NCBI RefSeq assembly: GCF_963921235.1
Contig: NC_086097.1
Location: 122,018,001-122,082,000 of the forward strand
DNA length: 64,000 nt
Direction: 5' to 3'
DNA from: Mobula hypostoma
Lineage: Eukaryota
Shown: piece after piece, positions 47,910 through 59,519 of the stretch
Numbering within the stretch: the first letter of the stretch is position 1
How the letters are laid out: every line of letters starts with the position of its first letter
The notes under the pieces: model-generated
Databases searched by the model: none
What the model was told of the DNA's origin: nothing
Seen by the model: only the letters and a program-made list of their open reading frames with translations
Translations under genes and position numbers: made by a program

Positions 47910-48790
47910 CAAACTCTAAAACCTCTGCACCTCCCTCTACAAATGGATCCTAGACATCCTCATCGGGAGACCACAGTCAGTGCCGATCCCAAATAACGTC
48001 TCCTCCTCAATAACAATCAACACTGGCACACCTCAAGGATGTGTACTTAGTCCGCTGCTCTACTGTCTACACCCGTGACTGTGTGGCTCTATTGCTATCT
48101 ATAAAGTTGACAATGACATAACTGTTGACAGCAAAATCTCAAATGGTGATGAGAAAGCATGCAGTGGTCAGACAGATCAGCTGGTTTCACAACATATGCC
48201 GGTGATATTAAGTCTGATTTTGATTCTGGTCGAGTGGTGTCACAACAACCACCTTGCACTCAATATCAGTAAGACCAAGAAATTGATTGTGGACTTCAGG
48301 AAGGGGGAAATGAGGGAACACACACCAGTCCTCATCAAGGGATCAGCAGTGGAAAGGGTGAGCAGTTTCATGTTCCTGAGTGTCAGCATCTCTAAAGGTC
48401 TATCCTGGGCCCAACATATTGAAGCAATTACAGACCAACTGCAACATTTCGACTAGCAACTTGAGGAGATTTAGAATGCCAGCAAAGACTCTAGCAAATT
48501 TCAACAGATGTACTATGACATGTACATAATGACAATGATGATGGCTGCCGAGAGCATTCCAACCGGTTGCATCACCATCTGGCAAGGAAGGGCCAACGCA
48601 CAGGATCGAACAAATCTGCAGAGGGTTGGAAACTCAGACAACACTATTATGTGCCCTAGCCTCCCAACCATCTTTAAAAAGGATGGGTCAAAAAGGGGTG
48701 ACATCCACCATTAAGGATTTCCAGCACCCAGGATATACTCTTGTCTTATTACTACCATCAAGGAGTGGATACAGGAGCCTGAAAACATGC
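47910..48790 (+). mobile_element. Rex1/Babar-type RT fragment
   Basis: [36 protein letters not shown]. Confidence 0.8.
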
Positions 48791-49046
48791 ACTGATGCTT
48801 TGCTGCACACTTGAGTGCTTGGTGGGGGGTGCTGATGCTTTTGTGCTGGTGGGGGAGGGAGGGTTGTTGCTTTGCTGCTGCTTGTGCATGGGAAGGGGTA
48901 GCTGGGGGTGCCTTTCGGGTTCTAACGTTTAACTGTCTTTTGCTCTTCCAGGCACTCCTCTATTTTCGTGGATGTTTGCAAAGAAAAAGAATTTCAGGAT
49001 GTATATTGTATACATTTCTCTGATATTAAATTTATCTATTGAACCT

Positions 49047-49736
49047 ACCATATAACATCAAAAGATGTAAGCATACTGCAGGTTGCTCAGGAGTGGAAAA
49101 TGGATGTGGACTTGGAAAAAAAGCTTGTGTTTCCCCCAGACATTGCGGCTACAACACTCCGGCCAGACATGGTTCTGTGGTCCACAACAGCCAAACTGGC
49201 ATATGTTGTGGAATTGACAGTACCATGGGAAGATAGTGTCAAAGAAGCTTATGCGAGGAAAAAGACTAAGTACTCTGAATTGGCAACTGAAGCTGCCCAG
49301 AATGGCTGGAAGACCAAGGTTTTCCCTGTAGAAGTGGGATGCAGGGGATTCGTTGCTATATCTACGACCAGTCTATTGAAGAAGATGGGGGTGAGGGGTC
49401 ACTCCCTCCAACAAGCAATCAAGTCCTCGTCAAATGCAGCAGAAGAAAGCAGCAACTGGATTTGGATTAAAAGGAAAGACAACAACTGGGTTGCAAGATG
49501 AAGACAGGAGGGTATGGAACTGAGGGGGGTGAATCACGGATGCCAGGTAGCAACATTGAGCCCTCTGGAGACGTTGTGGGCTTATCAACGAAACGTCAAA
49601 GAAAGAGGGTGCCCACCTGATGACCCCGATGACGTACTTATACTCCCTCCTTTGTCACCATTCCAAACTCACTGCCAACATTGAGAGTGCCGACTTACCA
49701 TAGGGATTGAAACATCAAGTCCTAGTAGCTCTACTA
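49047..49736 (+). mobile_element. Hero-clade (RLE-class) non-LTR retrotransposon, 5'-truncated
   Basis: Open frame to 49501 with LRPDMVLWS...VELTVPWE...KKTKY..L...GWK...PVEVGCRGF; 235-nt 3' UTR; 9-bp TSD ATTGAACCT (49038-46 and 49737-45). Confidence 0.88.
49561..49632 (+). ncRNA. Candidate hammerhead-like ribozyme with non-standard topology and a kink-turn, in the Hero 3' UTR
   Basis: GAAA 49590-93, CTGATGA 49617-23, stem III GACGT/ACGTC, NUH triplet GTT 49573-75, stem I GTGGGC/GCCCAC, k-turn GGA / AAA-GAA closed by CCCTCT/AGAGGG. The base of stem II is mismatched; activity is unknown. Confidence 0.6.
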
Positions 49737-51409
49737 ATTGAACCTCAATTTTTAGAAAGAGCCTATTTCCCCATTACCATTACACTACCTCTCTACTTTT
49801 GCTCTCTTTGTGCAATACACACACACACACACATACACTGTATACTTTTACTGTGATTTATAGTATATTTTATGCATTGCGCTGTGCTGCTGCCACAAAA
49901 ACAAATCATGACACATGTCAGTGATAATAAACCTGATTTTGATTCTGATTCTGTCTGTCAGTCTGCCCTCCATTATCAATAGCAACATAATGTGGATTGA
50001 GTATTCACGTCAACATATCCCCTGGGGCCAGTGGTGCAGCAGAGTGCTGGGGCTTCCTGATTTCAACCCCGCAAGGCTGGCTCTGCCGTTAATACCGCTC
50101 TCCAATGTTCATTCCCTGGAAAACAAACTGGATTACCTTCGTCTACAACTGACCCAGTGAGAGATGAGGAACTGCTGTGTGCTTATTCTTACAGAAATAT
50201 AGCTCCAGGCCAACATTCAATGCACCATCAATCTTCAGGCCATGCCACACAGGGACTTGAACAAATGTTATTTTGTGACTGTACCACAACTATGATAACC
50301 ATATCGAGTACGCAGAGCAGACACAATGGGTTGAATGGCCTAATTTTGCTCCTATGTCTTACGGTCTTATATGTGCTATATTGTTACTATAGGTGCTGCG
50401 TGTGGTTATATAACTGTGTTTTGCACCTTGGCCAGAGAGGAACGATGTTTTCAGTAGCTTTACATAAGTATATGTCTTGATGACAATAAACTTCGACTTG
50501 AATCTCAACTTGAAAGATTCATCTGATTTCCTTTTTATAACATTTGCTCTGCAAAGCACAACTGAGTTTGCATCCTCCTTCCTTTTGTTCTCCAGTAAGC
50601 AACTGAGCAGCTGGTTGCACTAAATTGCATTTGTTGACAGAGTGCAGCCAGAATCCATTTATCTGAAAGTAGAAATCTGTTCACTTTCTAATCGAAAGTG
50701 CTATATTTCCTGCTGCTATTAATTGACATTGAATTCACTGGTTTTTTTTTGGAATTAAGGGCCATTGTGATGTAGTTCAGTTTTGTTCAAAGTACTCAGA
50801 CACCCATCTATCCGCATAAGATATTGATGATATTGCTGAGCCTAATCACCTTTCTCAATCGTGGTCCATTTCGGCTTTGCATTAGTGGAAAGCCACATTT
50901 CACAAGGCAAAACAATTTAGGAACAGTCTATTCCATCAGGCTTTCTCTCACGGTAATTGTTTTTAAATCAAATCAAAATGTGTATGTATCCCGAAGCCCA
51001 GGGAATTGTCATTAGTATTATTGACCTCCATAGGGCAGTACTTCCCGCTATCAATTGGCAGCCAGCTCCTGCAGCCAGACTTGATGTGAGCCAGACAACT
51101 CACTTATTATGAATCAGGAACGAGGTGACCTCAAAGGCACAGGAAAGTGTGGCTCTGGCAAGCACTAAATCCAAACTGCCCTGCTTTCAATTAAGTACTA
51201 TATATTCGCCCCAATGCCACTGACATCTTCCTGTATGAGAGATGAAAAGAGCAACCAATTATTTATGTAATGTGCTTTTACAGTGCGGTCGCTGCTCCAT
51301 CAAGATTTCAGGATTCAAGATTCACGTTTTAAGATTCAAATTTATTTATCACTGAAACGTGTCCTTTGTACAAACAACCAACAATGGTGTGTTGGGGGCA
51401 GCCCACAAG

Positions 51410-51957
51410 TAAGGTTGCCAACTGTCCCATAATAGTCGGGGCATCCCATATATTGGGCTAAATTGGTTTGTCCCATACAGGACCGCCCTTGTCCTGTATT
51501 TCCCCCGCTAAGGTAGAGCGTTCCTATGAAACCTTTCGTGCTGAAATGGCATAAAGAAAAGAAGCAATTATCATTAATTTATATGGGAAAAATTTTTGAG
51601 CGTTCCCAGGCCCAAAAAATAACCTACCAAGTCATACCAAATAACACATAAAACCTAAAATAACGCTAACATATAGTAAAAGCAGGAATGATATGATAAA
51701 TACACAGCCTATATAAAGTAGAAGTAATGTATGTACAGTGTAGTTTCACTGAACAGAATCACAAAAACCGATTCATAGAAAAAAAATCGGCACGTACACG
51801 CATGCGCACGTCATGTATGCGCACGTCACGCATGTGCACACAAGTGCTCACGCAAGGCTTCGTGGTCATGGTAGTCTTTCTCGGGGTAAACACAAGCGTC
51901 CCATATTTGACTGCTACTTTTGTCCCTCATTTGGGTGTGAGAAAGTTGACAACCCTA
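51410..51957. mobile_element. hAT-type MITE (TAGGGTTGCCAACT-like TIRs)
   Basis: TAAGGTTGCCAACT / AGTTGACAACCCTA termini; 8-bp TSD CCCACAAG / CCCGCGAG (differences fit CpG decay). Confidence 0.8.
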
Positions 51958-54900
51958 CCCGCGAGTGTCGCCACACATTCCAACACTAACATAGCAAGCA
52001 ACGAAACAGCAACAAAGCAAGCCCTGCTCCTTGTCCCACTCATGCAAGAACACAATCTTAACCCCAGCACAGGTCTCCAGCCTCCAGCTCTAAGCGGGCT
52101 TGGACTCAGGCCTGCAGACAAGCTTCCCAAGCGGACTCTGTCCAATAGGCCTAAACTTCCATGCTTCCAATTTGACCCTCTGACCTCGATCTTCGGCTTT
52201 GATTGCAGGACATGTCAATCACCGCAGACTAGGCTTTGGACTCTGGGCTCGCTGATGACGCGAGCCTGAACACTGGACCTCAAACCCCAGTCTCATTAAT
52301 TCGCGAACCCAGGGGATCATTGGAACTTGTTCCTCCTGCCCACAAAGAACTCCAACTCTGGAATCTGCCAACAACGTGATGACCCAGGGGCAGGGGCCTC
52401 ATCCATTCTCTGCCTGCTCAACATCCAACATCCAACAATGGATGTCCCATCTTGCGTTGCTGGCCTTTGAATGCCTGACCTCTAAGTCACCCCTGTCTCT
52501 GTCCCTAAACCCTAATCTGGCTCTTCCTGTCCTCTATGTCTGCCAAACATGCCTTACAGAGCTAAAACCAATCTTTTTTTAAAAAAATCTGAGCTGTCTT
52601 TCAACGCAGGCTGCTGCTCAGTGCCACCTTGAACTAGACTTGAAATTAAGGTCTATCATACCTCAAGGGAAAACTAACAGCAGCACATCTGCACTAAAAT
52701 ATTTACATGTCGGGCCATTTGTCTACAATACTCATTTCTGGAAAACTTCAAGTTCTGATGCATGTTATAACCGGAAAAAGTGAGGATTCAAAATCAAGGC
52801 TGCCCATTTTCTCCTGGATGAACGCCCTTCTCAAGTAAATTGAGGCTGAAGGTTTGGGGATAACTGGACTGGTGAACGTAGCAGTAAGAGCTACCTTTTA
52901 ATATCAGGCATCCTTTGCTTAATCTTACACTGTAATTTTAAATTTCTATATACTTCTTCCCCAGCCAGGAGGCCATAATTACAGTGTCAGATTTATATTG
53001 AAAGTTTCCTTTAGACGTGTAAAACTTAAAAGGCTACAGTAGATTTAAGAAATAGACTCTATTTTGGATAACTAAGCGTGTGGTTGTCTATGGTCCTGGT
53101 GCAGGTGCAGGTCGATGTCACTAGGCAGAACAATAGTCTGGCACAGACTAGATGGGCTGAAGGGCCTGTTTCTGTGCTGTAGTGCTCTATGCCACTAATA
53201 AATAAATATTTAAAAGAAATGCATGCAGATGAGAGAATTTCAATTTAGTGTCAATAAATCTCCTTTGACATTCATGTCGAGTTTAAGTAATTTGTGTTTC
53301 ATAATCATTTTGATACTCTTGTATAGAAATTAGACATGACAATTTTGTCTTCTTAGTAATTCTGACTCTAGATTTAAATCATTGTTTTCCAGACAGACTT
53401 CCACAAGCATCAGTCAATGAAAATTATCAGCATTAGCAGCCTTATTTTACTTTTGCTTCATCTTTCATCAATGAAATCAAATTTCATTGGCACCTGCTGC
53501 TCTTGCTCTTCCTCCCCTACCAATGGAGTCGTTAGCAAAGCAACCTCACTGGCCAATGCTAGTCAACTATATGATGCAGTCTGATGCAGGCCAGAGTGGA
53601 GTCCTGAAAGACGCCATTGAATTGGATGTGCCTGCAAACAGCCTCAGAATAGATGAGTGTCCCTCTAGAACAGAGATGAGGAAATTTCTCTAGCCAGAGG
53701 GTGCTGAATCTGTGGAATTCCTTGCCATTGACGGTTGTGGAAGCCAATTTATTGAGTATATTTAAAGGCTTGAAGGTTCAGCAGTTCATCTATTTTCAAA
53801 GTATGTATCCACATACAACTCTGAAACTCGTAAATCTGAAGAAAGTCCACAGGCCATAAATGCAGTAGTCCAATCCGTAAACTCAGCACCACGATGCCAT
53901 CGTACAATATCACCAACGTTCATCGAAAGAGAGGGACACCATGCAAGGCAGAGGCCTCTTCGCCTGCCACAGCGAGCTACACAGTGAAAGGCCACTCACA
54001 GAATCCTTCTCTGAAGGTTGATGAGTTCTTGATTAGTAAGGGTGTCAAAGGGTGACGGGAGAAGACAGGAGAATGGGAGGGATAAATAATCAGCCCTTCC
54101 ATCAAAGCAGAACAGACTTGATGGACCAAATGTCCTCATTCTGCTTGTACGTTTTATGGTTTTATCATCTTAAAACTGGCAGAATAGAGTTCCCTAAATA
54201 ATTATAATGCTATTTGTAGTTGTCACCCATTGATAGCTAGTTTAATCTCAATCCACTGTACTTTGAATCTGATTAGCGACTTTCATAAAGACAAGAAAGT
54301 GTGCAGATGCTGAAAACTTCCATGTAACTTTTCCTGTGTACAGTATACAATATTATTCCAAGCCAAGTCCAAAACTGAGGACTCACAACAAAATTAAAAT
54401 ACATTAAATGTTCACACATATTTGGGGACTAAAGTCAGATGCAATGCGGAGTAAGTATGGAATGGAAAGACGGGTGAATGGGACTTGGTGCGTGTTTGAC
54501 ACAGGCTAGTGTAAATTTTGATGGACCCTGTCACAGATTATCTCAGTTTACTTGACAGCCTGTTTAGAAGGTCACTGGAAGTGTCAAGTTTCCCTCACCC
54601 AGAGCACAGAATGAAAAGGGGAACAAATAAAACTGCAGAATATTAAACAAAAATAGAAACGCTGGAAGAACTTGGCCAGTCAAGCAGTATCTATGGAAAC
54701 CAATTAATGTTTCAAGTTGAAGAAATCAGTTAATGTTCATGTTGAAGGCCCTTTGACGTGAAACATTGATTAGTTCCTCTTTTCCATAGATGCTATCCAA
54801 CTGGATGAGTTCTGTCAGCATTGCTTTTTGCGTCATCGATAAAGCATATGGTTTTAAGAGAGCAATGGTGGCCATGGAGGAGGGAGCAATCTGGTGGAAC

Positions 54901-55119
54901 ACAACTCTTGCAGACTTTTTTTCCAGTTGACAGGGAATCAGCCCCAGTTGCCTGCATGCAATGTGTCTAGCACCGGTGCCTGTCTTGGTGAAGGAATGTC
55001 CTAGGAGTCATGTGTCTCTTGGAGGAGACTTTGTTGGGTAAAATGGTTGCACTTCCACTGTTTGCTGCCCTGCTATGGTGGCCATGGGACACACCTGGCA
55101 TCTGAGTTAGCATTAAGTG

Positions 55120-57140
55120 TAAAACCTTTTCAGATATGTAAGAGGAAAAGAGAGACGAGAGTAGATATCCGACTGCTGGAAAATGACGCTGGAGAAGTAG
55201 TAATGAGGGACAAAGAAATGGCAGATGAATTTATTAAATATTTTGCATCAGTCTTCACTGTGGAAGATAACAGCACTTTGCCAGAAATTCCAAAGTATAG
55301 GGGGCAGAAGTGAGTGTAGCTGCTATTACGAAGAAAAAGGTGCTTGAGAAGCTGAAAGGTCTGAAGTTAGATCAGTTATCAGGTTCTGAAAGAGGTAGCT
55401 GAAAAGATTGTGGAGGCATTACTAGTGATCTTTCAAGAATCACTGGATCCTGTAATGTTTCCATTGGACTAGAAAATTGCACGTGTCACTCCACTCTTTA
55501 AAAAGTGAGAGAGGCAGAAGAAAGGAAATCTTAGGCCAGTTCGCCTGATTTCAGTGGTTGGGAAGATGTTGGTGTCCAGTATTAAGGATGAAGTTTTGGT
55601 GTACTTGGAGGCACATGATAAAATAGGCCAAGGTCAGCATGGTTTATTTTAGGGGAAATCTTACCTGACAAACCGTTGCAATTCTTCGAAGAAATGACAG
55701 GCAGGAATGACAAAATAGAATCAGTAAATGCTGTTTACTTGGAATTTCAGAAGGCCTTTGACAGCGTGCCGCACATAAGCCTGCTAAACAAGATAAGAAC
55801 CCACGGTATTACAGGAAAGATACGAACCTGGATAGAAGATTGGCAGATTGACAGGAGGCAAAGAATGGGAATAAAGTGAGCCATCTCTGGTCGGCTGCCA
55901 GTGACTGGTAGTATTCCGCAGAGGTCGATATTGGGACCATTTCTTTTCACGTTTTATGTCAATGATTTGGATGATAGAATTGATAGCTGTGTGGTCAAGT
56001 TTGCAGACAATACGAAGATAGGTGGAGGGACAGGTAATGTTGAGGAAGCAGAGAAATTGCAGAATTCCTCCACTCCCCTTGGCGCTCAGGTTGAGGCTAG
56101 GTCATGCTCTGGCTGCTCCAGGCTTCGTGTCCGTGAGCTTCACGACGATTTGCCTAGCTGTGTGATGATCTGAGACTGAGGCTATGGACCTACTTTTGCT
56201 GCTCTGGGCTTCAAGTTTATGGACTCAACTTCATTCTGAATGCTGATGCTTGCTTTATTGTTTGCATGATTTGCTTTTTTTTCTCTGTAGGCTGGGTGCT
56301 GATCTTCTTTTAAATGGGGTTCTTTCCGGTTTCTTTTTTTGTGGCTGCCTGTAAGCTGGCAAATCTCATGCTTGTATAATTTATACATGCTTTGATGATA
56401 AATGTACTTTAAACTTTGACTTGGACAGATTGGGAGAATTGGCAAGAACTGCCAGATGGAACATAGTGTAGGGAAGTGGATGGCCATGCACTTTGGTAGA
56501 AGGAACAAAGACATAGATTATTTTCTAAATGGGGAGAAATTTCAAAAATCAGAGGTGCAACGGGACTTGGGAGTCCTTGTGTAGGATTTCCTAAAGGTTA
56601 ACTTGCAGGTTGAGTCAAATGCAACGTTAGCATTCATTTTGAGAAGACTAGAATATAAGAGTGAGGATATAATGCTAGAGCTTTATAAGGCATTGGTCAG
56701 ATCGCATTTGGAGTATTATGAGCAGCTTAGGGCCCCTTATCTCAGTAAAAAAATGTGCTGGCATTGGAGGAGGTCCACAGGAGGTACATGAGAATGATTC
56801 TGGGAATGAAAGGAACTGGGCTTGTACTCGCTGGAGTTCAGAAGAATTATGGGAGATCTCATTGAAACCTATTGAATGTTGAAACGTCCAATTAGAGTGG
56901 ATGTGGAGAGGAAGTTTCCTATCAGGGGAGCCTCTAGGACCAGAGGACAGCCTCAGAATAGAAGGACTTCCTTTTAGAATAGAAAAGAGGAGGTATCTCT
57001 TTAGCCAAAAGAATGTGTGGAATTCATTGCTACAGATGACTGTGGAGGCCAAGTCATTGAGTATACTGAAAGCGGAGGTTTTATAAGTTCTTGATTATTC
57101 AGGGTGTCAAAAGTTACAGGGAGAAGTTAAGAGAATGGTC
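55120..57140 (+). mobile_element. Older CR1 LINE, degraded, with an insertion at about 56060-56418
   Basis: MADEFIKYFASVFT, YLEFQKAFDSVPH, KFADNTKIGG, LELYKALVRSHLEY; many stops. Confidence 0.9.
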
Positions 57141-58389
57141 AGGATCCCATGTTAAGTGAAACGTTAACTCTGTTCCCTTTTCTACAGATGCTGCCTGACC
57201 TACTGAGTTACTGCATCGTTTTCAGTTTTTAGTTCAGATTTCCATCACCTGCAGATTTGTTATTTTGATCAAGTAGACTGTTAGTTGCCTATTGGCCACT
57301 TGCACTTCAGAAATAAAAATAATTGCTGCACTTAAAATAATTTGTCACCACTTGACATGACTGATACATGCTCTGTTTAAATTTCCGCATTGTCGATAAA
57401 TATTTTATTGTAGAGTAGCCTCGAGTCTTTTCACTTTAACTTTTTAAAACTGCTAAACATCAGTTATCATACCTCAGCCAGAAATTTCTACATCTGAGGA
57501 ATGTCACTTTATACAAAACAAAGATGTTTCTTCCTCACCTAACTAAAAACTAATGAAATGTGAGTGACAAATCAATGAATCAGCTGCAGTTGCAGAGATT
57601 ATTTATAACAGCGTGAATCCGACATAATCAAGAGAGCCCACCAATGCCTCTACCTTCTGAGGCAGCTGAAGAGAGCCATACTATAGACATCTATACTCAC
57701 ATCCATCTACAGATGCACAGTAGAGAGCATCCTAACATGCTGCATCACTGCATGGTATGGAAATGGCACTGCGGCAGATAGAAAGGCTCTCCAACGGGCA
57801 GTCAAGAATGCCCAACACATCACCGGCATCAGTCAACTGGCACTTGTTTAATTATTTATTTAAGTTTGAATATTGATATTTGTGCGTGTGACCGTTTTGC
57901 TAATCATTGATTGCTCATGGCAGTTTGTACTATTTTCTTGTAAATTGTTGGCTGCTATTGTGTTGTCTGTTGCGAAATTGTCCTGTGTTTTATGCTTTGC
58001 TGTGAATCACAATCAATTCTGGTATGTTTCATCTACTGGCAATAACTGATTCTGATTCTGATCAAGGGTACGTACTATATACAGGAAGGTGCAGAGAAAA
58101 GGCCAGTAACATCATGAACGATTCCACCCACCCTGCTCATGGCCTGTTTGTCCCACTCTCATCAGGGAAGAAGCTACATAGCATCCGTGTCACGACCACT
58201 AGACTCAAAAACGGTTACTTTTCCCAAGCAGTAAGCCCGATCAACACTTCCATCCACCAGCCCCCACCACAACTTTATCATTTCCTGTCAAAGTCACCTT
58301 ATGTACTGATACTCCTGTACTTAGTATCACTTTATGGACATGCAACCAATCTATGTATATAAGCTATCTTGTGTATTTATATTTATTGT

Positions 58390-59345
58390 ATCCTGAATGC
58401 CTTTGCTAAGGCATATAGAGTCCTGGGTCTTGTTTTGAATATAAAAAAGACACAGGTCCTATATCAGCCACCACCTAACCAGCCATTTATCCAGTCCTCC
58501 ATAAAAGTTGACGATATCACACTTGAAAATATAGACTACTTTCCCGACCTTGGCAGCATTCTCCACTCAAATGCAGAGATCGACTCAGAGATCAATCACT
58601 GCCTGAGTAGTACTTTGAAAGATTAGCCTATGCAAAATTAAGGAAAAGAGCATTTGAAGAACACAACCTACAGGTCCAAACAAAGCTTCTGGTCTATGGA
58701 GCTGTCATCTCTTCTACATTCCTGAATGGAGCTGAATCATGGTCCACCTACGGTAGGAAACTGAAAGCCCTGGAACAATACCACTAAAGATCCTTAGGAA
58801 AAATTTTGTTGATCAGCTGAAGGACAGACACACTAACAGCAGTGTGCTGGAGGAGGCAAAGATGAACAAATTTCCACCACGATAAAGCAACACCAACTCC
58901 AATGGATAGGTCATGTCACCCAGATACCTAACTCACATTTCCCCAAACAGATCCTTTATTTCCAATTAAAGGAAGGTCAGTGAGCCCCTGGTGGGCAAAG
59001 GAAAAGCTTCAAAGATAACATCCAAATCAGCCTTAAGAAATTCAGCATTACATCTAAAAACATGGAAGACATTGCACTCAATAGATGCACGTGGAGGAAA
59101 CCTGTACAAGAGGGAACTGCACTAGGTGAGAACGACCTTGGCTGTGCTACAGAGAACAAACGGCAGCTATGAAAGGAGAGAGTGAAAAACCAAATGACCC
59201 AACCACTACCCACAACCATCGCTTGCTCTTGGCAACATTGCATCGGAATATGTGGATCCCAGATCAGCATCTACCGCCATCTGAGGACACACCAATAGAC
59301 TACACCTTAGGGGAACATCTTACTCGTTTTGAGTGATCACACTAA
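58390..59345 (+). mobile_element. RTE-clade LINE 3' fragment nested in a Rex1-type 3' end
   Basis: FAKAYRVLGLVLNIKKTQVLYQ...FPDLGSIL, LQWIGHV, and a degenerate C-terminal Zn finger ending YRHLRTHQ*. Confidence 0.8.
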
Positions 59346-59519
59346 AAAAAATATATTAATTGTGTTTTTTAAATCATTGTCTTCTTTATCATATTGTGTT
59401 TCTTTTTGAGCTGCATCAGATTTAGAGTAACAATTATTTTGTTCTCCTTTACATTTATGTACTGGAAATGACGTTAAATGATCTTGAATCTTGAATACAC
59501 ATTAGTATATATTAGCTTC

